Source: Myxococcota bacterium
GTDB lineage: Bacteria > Myxococcota_A > SURF-8
Assembly: GCA_963674735.2 (NCBI GenBank)
Contig: CAXXQS010000002.1
Location: 1,152,001-1,216,000 of the forward strand
Length of the DNA stretch: 64,000 nucleotides
Reading direction: 5' to 3'
How positions within the stretch are numbered: the stretch's first letter is position 1; every line of letters starts with the position of its first letter. This document shows, one piece after another, positions 43,130 to 51,953 of the stretch. Position numbers and translations under genes: made by a program. Under the pieces are notes generated by a model. It made no database searches. It was given only the letters and a program-made list of their open reading frames with translations, and had not been told where the DNA came from.

Positions 43130-43486
43130 ATGGCAGGTAAAAAACGCAATCCGGCAATGGCCACCAACCCGCTGGGGAAGGACGATCTTCTGGCGGAGAC
43201 GTTCTTTCGCAAGGGCGATGAAAAAGAAGAAACCGTAAAGAAAAGTCCCGGTAAAACGACAAAACCGGCTCCGGCGACTTCTTCCAAAACGAAAACCGCG
43301 AAAACCAAGCCCAAGCCCGATCACTACAAGGTCTGCTGCATCTCTTTGTACACCGAAGATATCGAACGGCTCGAAGCACTGGTGGCGGAGTTGAAGCGAC
43401 GCGGGCATACCAAAGCGAATAAAAGCCAATTGATCCGCTTCGCCCTGGCGACGGTCGATCTGGACGATATGCCGAAAACCTATTAA
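43130..43486 (+). CDS. Small basic ParA-partner candidate (N-terminal KKR..NPLG peptide, Lys/Thr linker, RHH-like C-terminus)
   Basis: 18 nt after the parA-like stop, RBS GAGG; [10 protein letters not shown] (strand), [17 protein letters not shown] (helix), [10 protein letters not shown] (helix). Confidence 0.75.
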   Translation: MAGKKRNPAMATNPLGKDDLLAETFFRKGDEKEETVKKSPGKTTKPAPATSSKTKTAKTKPKPDHYKVCCISLYTEDIERLEALVAELKRRGHTKANKSQLIRFALATVDLDDMPKTY

Positions 43487-43631
43487 TTTAATACGAATTC
43501 ATCTTCGCCGCTTCTCGTTTCGAAGGGTCTTCGCTTGTTTTGCCCGGATGCAAGAGGTATACTTTCTTCTTAGATCTCAGGTATGTTGTGTGCCGGGACG
43601 TCCGAATCAACCCGCGCCACGGGAGGCCGTC

Positions 43632-44003
43632 ATGACGTCGATGAAACGGGTTTTCGCCTGTTGTTTGGGGTTGGCCGGGCTATTGGCTTGCTCCGATAGC
43701 GGGATCGATCATCTCGACAGCGCCTGCCGACGCCTGGACCGTTACTGTGAAACCGGCGATTATGTCTGGGTCGACTACGGGCTGTCGGAGGTGACGTTGT
43801 GCAAGGCCGCGTTTTCGTGTGCGGCGGACTTCTTCGACGCCGACTGCCGCGAGGAACTGCAGGAAGCGGTGGATTGCCTGCACGAAGTGGAAGATCCGGA
43901 GGACTGCCGGCGTTGTCAGGATGAATTCATCGATCTGTCCGACAACTGTCCCTATCCCGCTCCCTGCTTCGACGTCAAAGGACTCAACGATATCCCGTTT
44001 TGA
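43632..44003 (+). CDS. Small Cys-rich acidic lipoprotein
   Basis: Lipobox LLAC-S; 10 further Cys; RBS GGAGG before ATG 43632. Confidence 0.78.
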   Translation: MTSMKRVFACCLGLAGLLACSDSGIDHLDSACRRLDRYCETGDYVWVDYGLSEVTLCKAAFSCAADFFDADCREELQEAVDCLHEVEDPEDCRRCQDEFIDLSDNCPYPAPCFDVKGLNDIPF

Positions 44004-44015
44004 GTGACGCGTCGT

Positions 44016-46895
44016 TTACTCCCGCTCAAACGTCAGCGCCATCGTCAATTCGCCGGTGCTTTGTGGCACGAAGTTGACACGCAGCACGCGTCCGCCGCCG
44101 TCGGTGGTTTCTTCATTGAATTTCAATCCCACCCCGGAATAGGCCGCTTCGTCGAAAACGTATCCCTCCGGCACGTAGAAGGCGTTTTGATAGGTGAAGG
44201 GCGCTTCGGGGGTGTCGACGGCCACATCCATGACCAGCGTCAAGGTGGCGCTTGTGTCATCCCAACTCGACGACTTCAAGACCGTGCCGCCCATGGAGAT
44301 CTGGCGGTTGAAACCCAAAAACTGCGGGACGCCGAGTTTGCGCCGCAAGCTGATTACCTGGGCGCTGTGGGACGCCACCTCGGCGGTCAGGCGGTTGGTG
44401 AGTTCGCCCAGAAAGCTTTGCGACCAGAATTCATAGGCCAGGTAAGGCTGACCGGCTGCGAGACCCAATTCACGCAGGTCGAGTTCGACGTTTCGCGCCG
44501 CGCCGTCGTCGGGGATATCGCTGTAGGGGTTAGTGGTCAGGTCGCGGTTGGCCCCCCAGTTGAATAGGCCAATCAAATCATAGACTTCGTCGTAGCCATC
44601 CAGGGTGTAATCCACCTTGAGATGCCATTGCTCGGCGAATTCGCGCTGCATCAGATCCAGCGGGCGCGCACCTTTGTCGTAAATCGGCACGAGTTTGCGA
44701 ATGACGTTGATTTCCGTTGCACTGAGATCCACCAGGCGGTCGCCCAGCTTGACGATGCCGCCCGAAAGGCCGACGAAGGTGGCGAAGGCTTTGGACTCGT
44801 TCAAGGTCACGCGCGGCCAGCTTTCGTCGCGCGTGTTGGAGCGGAAAAGCAGCAAATCCGGGTGGTTGATCCATACGCGGTTGTGCAGATAATAGCGTCG
44901 TGAGACGGTGCGCATGGTGGGCTTGAAGCCCTGCTGGTTCAGCGGGTCGTCGTCGGAGACGCCCGGAGCCCAGTCCCAGATGGGCGCGTTGTCGAGGGTG
45001 ATGCGGTCGGCATCCACCAGGCCGTAATTGGTGCCCATGATGGCCACCATCAGGAAAAAGGTATCGTCGCCGATGGCTTCCCGGATCAGGCCTACCGCTT
45101 CGCGCCAGGCCTCCTCGCGGGTTTTTGTGGGGTCGTGGAAATGCGTACCGAACAGCGCCCAGTAGGCGAAATCCATCTTCAGCCACTCGAAACCCCAATC
45201 CTGGCGGAAGGTGGTGAAAAGATCGCTGATGTAGGTTTTCACTTCCGGGTTGGTGAGGTCGAGCAACTCGTAGGAACTTGACAGAAGCAGCCCCGCCTCG
45301 GTTTTGTCGGCCAGCCAGTCGGGATGCTCGGTTGCCAGTTGGGAATCGGGGTCCGGGGTGAAGGGGGCGATCCACAGGCCGGGCTTGAGACCGCGTTGGC
45401 GGATCTGATCGGCCAGCCAGGCGGGGCCGTGGGGGAAGCGGTCGCTACGCCAGGTCCAATCGCCGTAGGCCGGTTCGTAGCCGTCGTCCACCTGGAACCA
45501 GTCGAAGCCCCAGTCTCTAAGCTGAGTGGCCATAATGTCTAGGTTTTCGAGGATGATCGTTTCATCGATGCCGGTGCCGTAGCCGCCCGTGCCGCCCGAC
45601 CCGCTCCAACTGTTCCAGCCGTTGGGGACGCGGTTTCCGGGTGCGCGTTCCTGCCACAGGGTGATGTCGAGCCATTGCTTGACTTTGCCGGTGTAACGCT
45701 CCAAGCCTTCGAAGACATCGGTTTCGGACGGATGGACATACATCAATTCCGAGGCCGCCACCGTTTGATCGTCCACCGGCTTGAGCTCGGGGAGGTAAGC
45801 GCCTTCCAGCGAGAAGTAATGGAAGCCCGCCCGCCCGTCGGAAGCTGCCGGGGCTTGTCCGGGGCTGTAGGACAGATTGACCACGGGAGTGGTGGCCTCG
45901 AAGCTCAAGGCTCCGGCGATCCACACGGCTGGAGAATCGAGGTCGACCACGGCGTGATTCCAATCGGAAACGGAATGTCCGATGTAGTCGCCCGGCGCCG
46001 CCGCCTGTAAGAAGGAATCGGGTTCGACATCGCCCGGATGAATCGCGACCACGTGGTCCACGATACCGAACGATCCGTTTTCCAGGATGCGATGATGGGC
46101 CGGATCGTCGCCCAGATAGAGTCCGCCTTCCTGATCGGGGCTGGTGCGCAGGGGAATGCTTTTAGCCAGCCAGATGCGTTCGCCGGTGTTGTTGGCGAGA
46201 CGCAATTTGAAAGTGTAGAATCCTTCCTCGAAATAGGCGGAGATTTGCCATAACAGGTCGGGTTCGTCTTCTTCGCCCGAAACCGTGACCGTCAGGCGGT
46301 CGGCGATGCCCAGGCGGTCGCGTTCTTGCTTGCGATCCAAACTGCGCACGCGATCCGCATCGGTGCTCAAAACCGTGGCGGCCTCGCCCAAACCTTCCAG
46401 TTCCACCAGCGCCACGGCGTTTTGAAGGATCGGGCGGCCGTCTGCGTCGTAAATCGACACCCGGCCGGTATCGTGGCGATAAACCAGTTTCGAATCCCCG
46501 GCATCGAGGTCCACGCGCTGGCCACCGGCGGCCACGCAGGTTTGCTCGACACACAGTTGCGATTCCGTACAATCCGCATCGTTTTGGCAGGACTCGGGCT
46601 CATCGCCGTCGGTAGGATTCGCCTCGTCCGTTTCCGGTTCAGCGTCGTTGTCGGTATCGCCATCGGGGTTCGTGCAAGCGCCCCCCTCGCACACCTTGCC
46701 CAACTCTTCGCAATTATAGAGCGTTTCCCAACGCTTGGTGCTGGAGTCGCAATACTGCAATAGATTGCCCTCTTGCCCGCCGCATTGATAGAGGCCCGGA
46801 TAGCAGATCATTTCATGGCCGTCGCTGCAGGCGAAGTTCCACCCCAGGCTGGAGAGCCAGACAAGCGTCCAAAAAGCCTTGCGCCAGATCGACAT
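44016..46895 (-). CDS. GH36-family alpha-galactosidase-like lipoprotein with Cys-rich/DGD N-terminus
   Basis: Lipobox-like NFAC; PNGWNSW, FQVDDGY, RFPHG, GLKPGLWIAPF, WLKMDF (nucleophile), DRITLD (acid/base). Confidence 0.88.
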   Translation of the reverse strand: MSIWRKAFWTLVWLSSLGWNFACSDGHEMICYPGLYQCGGQEGNLLQYCDSSTKRWETLYNCEELGKVCEGGACTNPDGDTDNDAEPETDEANPTDGDEPESCQNDADCTESQLCVEQTCVAAGGQRVDLDAGDSKLVYRHDTGRVSIYDADGRPILQNAVALVELEGLGEAATVLSTDADRVRSLDRKQERDRLGIADRLTVTVSGEEDEPDLLWQISAYFEEGFYTFKLRLANNTGERIWLAKSIPLRTSPDQEGGLYLGDDPAHHRILENGSFGIVDHVVAIHPGDVEPDSFLQAAAPGDYIGHSVSDWNHAVVDLDSPAVWIAGALSFEATTPVVNLSYSPGQAPAASDGRAGFHYFSLEGAYLPELKPVDDQTVAASELMYVHPSETDVFEGLERYTGKVKQWLDITLWQERAPGNRVPNGWNSWSGSGGTGGYGTGIDETIILENLDIMATQLRDWGFDWFQVDDGYEPAYGDWTWRSDRFPHGPAWLADQIRQRGLKPGLWIAPFTPDPDSQLATEHPDWLADKTEAGLLLSSSYELLDLTNPEVKTYISDLFTTFRQDWGFEWLKMDFAYWALFGTHFHDPTKTREEAWREAVGLIREAIGDDTFFLMVAIMGTNYGLVDADRITLDNAPIWDWAPGVSDDDPLNQQGFKPTMRTVSRRYYLHNRVWINHPDLLLFRSNTRDESWPRVTLNESKAFATFVGLSGGIVKLGDRLVDLSATEINVIRKLVPIYDKGARPLDLMQREFAEQWHLKVDYTLDGYDEVYDLIGLFNWGANRDLTTNPYSDIPDDGAARNVELDLRELGLAAGQPYLAYEFWSQSFLGELTNRLTAEVASHSAQVISLRRKLGVPQFLGFNRQISMGGTVLKSSSWDDTSATLTLVMDVAVDTPEAPFTYQNAFYVPEGYVFDEAAYSGVGLKFNEETTDGGGRVLRVNFVPQSTGELTMALTFERE

Positions 46896-46953
46896 GGATG
46901 CGTTCCTTTCCTTGTGTCGTTCATTTGCCGGAAACGGAGCCGACGCTGGACGA

Positions 46954-48588
46954 TTAAATGCCTTTATACCAATCGAGGATACTGAGGAAGTAGAGCATCA
47001 CGGCATACGCCGCGATGACCACCGCCAGATACGCCACCATAATGGTTACGGTATTGCCGCTGAGCTCGATCCCGACTTCCTCTTCGCGCCGGGCATAGAT
47101 TTCCCGACCGATGCGAATGATCAAGGCCAACATCACCACCACACCTGAAAGCGCCAGTAAAAGGATCACGCTGTTGCGATGATCTTTTTGCTGTTTGGCG
47201 AAACCGCGCGTGCGATTGTCGCGGGTATCGAACAGTTCCGGCAAGATGAGGTAATCTTTCGGTAATTCTCGTAAAATCTGCTCGGCCAGCGCGGTCGGGT
47301 CGTAGCTTTTGTTTGCCAGCGACAGAGCATTGATCTTTTTTTGCCAGGTTTCCACGGTCGGCCGGGAAAGAGAGCGGTCGGCGTTGAGCAGGCTCCAGAG
47401 CTTTTTAAAGGGAGCCTCCAGGGCCAGATCCTGCCGTTTGGGGTCGTCCGGATCGCTGTTTTTCAGACGCGGGTCTTCGGGGTTGAGGACGGCCGTCGCC
47501 GGATCGTAAAGGTACAGGTAGAAGGTATCGAAAGCCGTGACCGGATTGACGACGTCGGATGCCACTTGCACCTGTACCAGCCCTTGAGTGCCGACCGGCA
47601 GAGTTAAATCCACCAGCATGGGAGCGCCGAGCATGTTCTGGCGCAGCGATGTCAGCCAGCGGCCGTGTTGGAAGACGTCGATATGCCAGGCTCCCGGACG
47701 CAGTGTTTCGAGGCGAAAACGGGGATTCTGATTGGCGGGAATGAAAAAGGCTTCGGGACGGGCCAGAACTTGAGCCCCGATCGGCCCCAATTTGACTTTT
47801 TGGCTATGGACGCCGCCCTTGCTGTCGGTCAACTCGATGTCGAGCTGTTCGGCTCCCATGCGATGCGGGTAGTGGTCGAAGCGCGCGAGACCCATGGCGT
47901 CGGTTTCCAGCGTCGCAATGGTTTTCCCGCCGCTCTTGATCGTGACGGCCAGACCATCGGCCGGTAGGTGGTCGGGCAGGGTTTCGGCGACGGCCAGAAA
48001 CGCATTGTTGACGTTCGGAACGAAGCGGCCCGAGTTGGCGATCAAACGCAGTTCCACCGGCGGCGTCAAATCATTGGCCTCGATAACGTCCGTGCGGCGC
48101 AGAAAACGCGGGTCGAGAACCTGGACGTCGATGGCCCGTGGCGGTGAGGTGGGCCGCAGCGCCAGATTGAATTCATTCTGTTCCTGTCCGTATTCGGCGA
48201 CCTCGGTGGTGAGTCGTGCCAGGTAATCGCCGGGGGGCAAATCACGGGGCAGCACTCCAAGAATATTCACGTAGTCGCGATCTCCCGAGTATCCTTCGAA
48301 GAGTGTCCAGGCGCGGTCGGCGCTGGGCTGAACCAGTTCCAAGCGGACACCGAAGCGGCTTAACGGGCGCATTTCGGTGGTGCCGATAACGACGATGCGC
48401 AAGTTTAGAAGATCGCCGGGCGCATAGGTGGTTTGACCGGAAACGCGGGTAAAGAAAGGCGTTTTCTGTTGAGCGATATGAATGGCGTAGATGGTCAAGG
48501 CGATGAAATAAAGTACCAGCGCGGCAATGAACCATTTCTTCCAGCGACGTCCCCGGATTTCGTCCGAAAAAGTTCCCAGATCTTCCAT
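46954..48588 (-). CDS. Membrane-anchored protein with macroglobulin (MG2)-like beta domain; TM at both ends
   Basis: N-terminal TM, GQTTYAPGDLLNLRIVV and LPPGDY, TDAMGLARF beta-sandwich-like motifs, two C-terminal TMs. Confidence 0.55.
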   Translation of the reverse strand: MEDLGTFSDEIRGRRWKKWFIAALVLYFIALTIYAIHIAQQKTPFFTRVSGQTTYAPGDLLNLRIVVIGTTEMRPLSRFGVRLELVQPSADRAWTLFEGYSGDRDYVNILGVLPRDLPPGDYLARLTTEVAEYGQEQNEFNLALRPTSPPRAIDVQVLDPRFLRRTDVIEANDLTPPVELRLIANSGRFVPNVNNAFLAVAETLPDHLPADGLAVTIKSGGKTIATLETDAMGLARFDHYPHRMGAEQLDIELTDSKGGVHSQKVKLGPIGAQVLARPEAFFIPANQNPRFRLETLRPGAWHIDVFQHGRWLTSLRQNMLGAPMLVDLTLPVGTQGLVQVQVASDVVNPVTAFDTFYLYLYDPATAVLNPEDPRLKNSDPDDPKRQDLALEAPFKKLWSLLNADRSLSRPTVETWQKKINALSLANKSYDPTALAEQILRELPKDYLILPELFDTRDNRTRGFAKQQKDHRNSVILLLALSGVVVMLALIIRIGREIYARREEEVGIELSGNTVTIMVAYLAVVIAAYAVMLYFLSILDWYKGI

Positions 48589-48894
48589 ATGTAGGCCTCC
48601 CGGAATTGGGACGACCGTTGCGCTTGGCCAACGACCGCACCGCCTGAATCTTCGGTTGATCGATCTACCCGTTCATACCCCGGAACCTTGCGTCAATTCA
48701 AGCCTTTTATGCGAAGCATGGTTCCGTGAGGACGCTGCGATTAAAAAGCTTGCGGCGGAGAATTCTTTTAAGCTATGATGGCCGCACTAACACTTGTGTA
48801 ATTCCCGTATTACTCTTAGGAAAGTGCGGCGTGGGGCTTGCCGCGTCGGATGCCGTTTCAATACAGGTGGATTCTTGTCAGAAGGAAGATGTAT

Positions 48895-50475
48895 ATGGAT
48901 AGGCTCAATCAGCTCATGAAGGTGGGACTCTCGGGGTTTATGTTGTGGATGATCTTCACGGCCGGAGGTTTCCTCGCATTTGACGCGCAGGCCGCACCGT
49001 TTCGCATGACCGGTTATGATACCGCGGCGATCGGGTCGGCCAACAGTGAGATCGTTTATGGAAGTAGTTACGGGGTGTTATCGACCAATCCGGCCTTGAT
49101 GTCCCGTTACGAGCCGTCGAGCAGTATCGAGTTTATTCTGATGAAACCTTCCCTGAAGGTCAATCTGATGGACCGGCCGCAAAACGCCGATATTTCCATC
49201 ATGCTGTACAACACGCAGATCGACAAATACAAAAACAACCCCGATGTGGCGTTGCCGACTTCCGAATTGCGCGAGTCCCGCGCCGATCACAACGTCGATG
49301 AGCTGCTCACCTATATCAGCACCGGCATCACCTATTCCTTCGGGATCAAAGGTTTTCGCGCCGGTGGTTTTCTGATTTTGCCGGTGATGGAGCAGATCGA
49401 TGCCAAATTGAAATACTACGACGAGCGCGAGTCGTTTTTCTCCAACACGGTGCATCTGGCCCGCTTCGGGGAGTGGTCGCCGCAGATTACCGGCATGCTG
49501 GGCGTTTCGTATTCGCCGATCAAATACGTGTCGTTCGGCGCGGCGTTGCAGGCCTCGGCCATGCTGGTGGCCGGTATGGACATCTACGTGCCCGATGCTC
49601 AGGTGCAGGATTACGCACTGACCAACGCCGAAACCACGGTCACCGGCAAGCTGCGCCCCATCATCGGCGTGCAGGTCGAGCCGCTCGACTGGATGGCTCT
49701 CGGTATCACCTGGAAATGGCGCTCCTATGCTGAAGTGGACGGCTCGGGCAAGATGCAGCTTTGGAACTTCCACGAAACGTTCGAGGCGGCCGAAGAAGCC
49801 CAAACCACGCCCAAACGTGTCACCATCGATTCCGATTTCGTGCTCGATTACGAACCGATGGAACTCACCGGGGGCTTGGGCTTTCGTTATGCCGGTTGGA
49901 ACATTCAGGGGGCGTTTACCTGGAATCGTTGGGTGGACTACCGCGACGATCATGCACAGCGACCGCAGGAATCCGCCGTTTATGCCTCCGCCGATCCGCG
50001 TTTCGACGAGGACGGTGTGTTGATCTATGGCCCCAGCTATTTCACCGGTGATGATTACAAGTGGAGCGATACTTTCTCGACCAATATCGGAACGAGTTGG
50101 CAGTACGTCGATTGGGCCAAGACCTCCCTAGGCTTCAGCTGGTACAATTCGCCGGTTCCCGCCCAGACGGGACGCACCAGCTACGCCGATTCCGACACCT
50201 GGTGCTTGGCGTTGGGGCAGCGTTTCGATTTCACCATTCTGGAGCAGAACTTCAACGCCGCCCTCGGTTTCCAGTTCTGGCAGATGATCCAGCGGACCGT
50301 CTACAAAAACGCCGGTCGCATTCAGGATGAATTTCCGGATGACTCGATTACCCCCATCGAGCTGGCCGAAGTCGAAGCGGCCAAGGGCCTGCAGACCAAC
50401 AACCCCGGCTTTCCGGGTTACACGGTCAAAGGCTGGATGATCGTCAGCAGTTTGTCGCTCGGTTTTGAGTTTTAA
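48895..50475 (+). CDS. Outer-membrane FadL/OmpP1-family beta-barrel
   Basis: Signal peptide (AQA), AIGSAN...TNPALMS plug motif, SPVPAQTGRTSYAD, terminal aromatic residue (GFEF). Confidence 0.78.
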   Translation: MDRLNQLMKVGLSGFMLWMIFTAGGFLAFDAQAAPFRMTGYDTAAIGSANSEIVYGSSYGVLSTNPALMSRYEPSSSIEFILMKPSLKVNLMDRPQNADISIMLYNTQIDKYKNNPDVALPTSELRESRADHNVDELLTYISTGITYSFGIKGFRAGGFLILPVMEQIDAKLKYYDERESFFSNTVHLARFGEWSPQITGMLGVSYSPIKYVSFGAALQASAMLVAGMDIYVPDAQVQDYALTNAETTVTGKLRPIIGVQVEPLDWMALGITWKWRSYAEVDGSGKMQLWNFHETFEAAEEAQTTPKRVTIDSDFVLDYEPMELTGGLGFRYAGWNIQGAFTWNRWVDYRDDHAQRPQESAVYASADPRFDEDGVLIYGPSYFTGDDYKWSDTFSTNIGTSWQYVDWAKTSLGFSWYNSPVPAQTGRTSYADSDTWCLALGQRFDFTILEQNFNAALGFQFWQMIQRTVYKNAGRIQDEFPDDSITPIELAEVEAAKGLQTNNPGFPGYTVKGWMIVSSLSLGFEF

Positions 50476-50498
50476 CCGGCGTTTACGAGGAGGATTCC

Positions 50499-51896
50499 AT
50501 GCTGTTTAAACAGATTTCAATCGCCGTTTCCATCGTCGGGCTGGTCCTGGCGGCGTCGGCTTGTTCGAAGACCGAAGGACGCATGACCGACTACTCGGAA
50601 CTCGGCTATACCGAATGTTCGAGCAGCGATGACTGCCTGCCGTTCAGCTATTGCCGTATGACGGACGATGGCGGCGATAGCGGCCTATGCTGGGCGGACT
50701 GCCGCAATGTCGAAGATTGCCGGGCGATTTCAAGCGAATTGATCTGCAAAGACTTCGCCTGTGTCGACCCCGACACACTTGTAGATGGCGATGCGGATGC
50801 GGAGGATGATAGCGGTGGTGAGTGTGTCCCCGGAACCGAGACCAACCTCTCCTGTTTGTACATCGCGCCCGAAGCCTGTGAAGGGCAGGGCTGGGTGAGC
50901 AACTGTGCCGACCGTTATTGCTACGACAACGGCTTTCGCTATGCCTGCCAGAAAGTGGGCGAGGGTGAATGCACCACCCGTGAACCCTGTGAAGGTAAGT
51001 GTGTGGATATGTGTGTTGTGGACTTGATCGAAGGCGATGAGACGGCGGCCGACGGGGACGATCCTTCCGATGGCGAAGTGGCCGCCGGTGAGGCTTCGGC
51101 CTGGACGGGCGTATGGGGAATCATTTTCACGACCGCCGCCCGCACCACCGGCCTGCCGTTGGTCCCGCATCAAGATACCGTTTCCATTCACCATTCCCTG
51201 GTAAGGGTTTCGCAGGACGGCGATGATGTGGTGTTTTTATCCAATCTTTGCCTGCTTGAGATGCACAATTTCAAAGATGACAAGGTTTACGCCATCGGGG
51301 AAGACCTGGCCCAGATGGTGGTGCCGGACGCCTATTATCAGAATCTCGGGATGCTGAAGCACGTTTTAAAAGATGCCCCTGCGCTGGAGTCGGGTGTGGA
51401 ATTCGAAACAGAACGCTGGTGGGAGGTGCGTGGCGCCGAGATCGACGATCCGACTTGCACGGTCAAGGATTACGAGCAGGAGGATGTGTGCGGATCCGAT
51501 CTGCCGGATCGCGCCGCCTTCGAAGGAGGCGATGAGCGTGTCTGGGATATGGATTACGACGGATTCCCGGGGCAGACCACCCGCATGGTCGGGCTTCTTC
51601 CCGGCGACGTTTATTCCGACCAGCGCTGGTCGTCGCGGCTGGTGGGGACGGTGGCTGACGCGGATCATCTCTACGGCGTGGTGCCCAACACCAACCGGCA
51701 GTACCAGCTTGGGGCCAGTGATCCGGTGTTACTGTACGATACCATCACGGCGATCCATCCGGAGCAGAGCCGCAGCTATTTCCGCCTGTTGCGCATGAGC
51801 GACAACGCTACCTGCGAGGATGTAATGGAGCAGGCACATACACCGGGGAGTTGGCTGGAATTCACCGTGCATGTCGATGATCGCACCGAACCCTAA
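50499..51896 (+). CDS. Cys-rich lipoprotein with DGD linkers and DxDxDG motif
   Basis: Lipobox ASAC, Cys-rich N-half, WDMDYDGFPG; strong RBS, 23 nt after the FadL-like gene. Confidence 0.8.
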   Translation: MLFKQISIAVSIVGLVLAASACSKTEGRMTDYSELGYTECSSSDDCLPFSYCRMTDDGGDSGLCWADCRNVEDCRAISSELICKDFACVDPDTLVDGDADAEDDSGGECVPGTETNLSCLYIAPEACEGQGWVSNCADRYCYDNGFRYACQKVGEGECTTREPCEGKCVDMCVVDLIEGDETAADGDDPSDGEVAAGEASAWTGVWGIIFTTAARTTGLPLVPHQDTVSIHHSLVRVSQDGDDVVFLSNLCLLEMHNFKDDKVYAIGEDLAQMVVPDAYYQNLGMLKHVLKDAPALESGVEFETERWWEVRGAEIDDPTCTVKDYEQEDVCGSDLPDRAAFEGGDERVWDMDYDGFPGQTTRMVGLLPGDVYSDQRWSSRLVGTVADADHLYGVVPNTNRQYQLGASDPVLLYDTITAIHPEQSRSYFRLLRMSDNATCEDVMEQAHTPGSWLEFTVHVDDRTEP

Positions 51897-51922
51897 TTCC
51901 TGAAGCAATCGAAAATCACGCG

Positions 51923-51951
51923 CACCCGCCCCGAAAAGGCGGGTGTTTTTT
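51923..51951 (+). terminator. Intrinsic terminator
   Basis: CACCCGCC-CCGAAAA-GGCGGGTG-TTTTTT. Confidence 0.8.
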
Positions 51952-51953
51952 CG

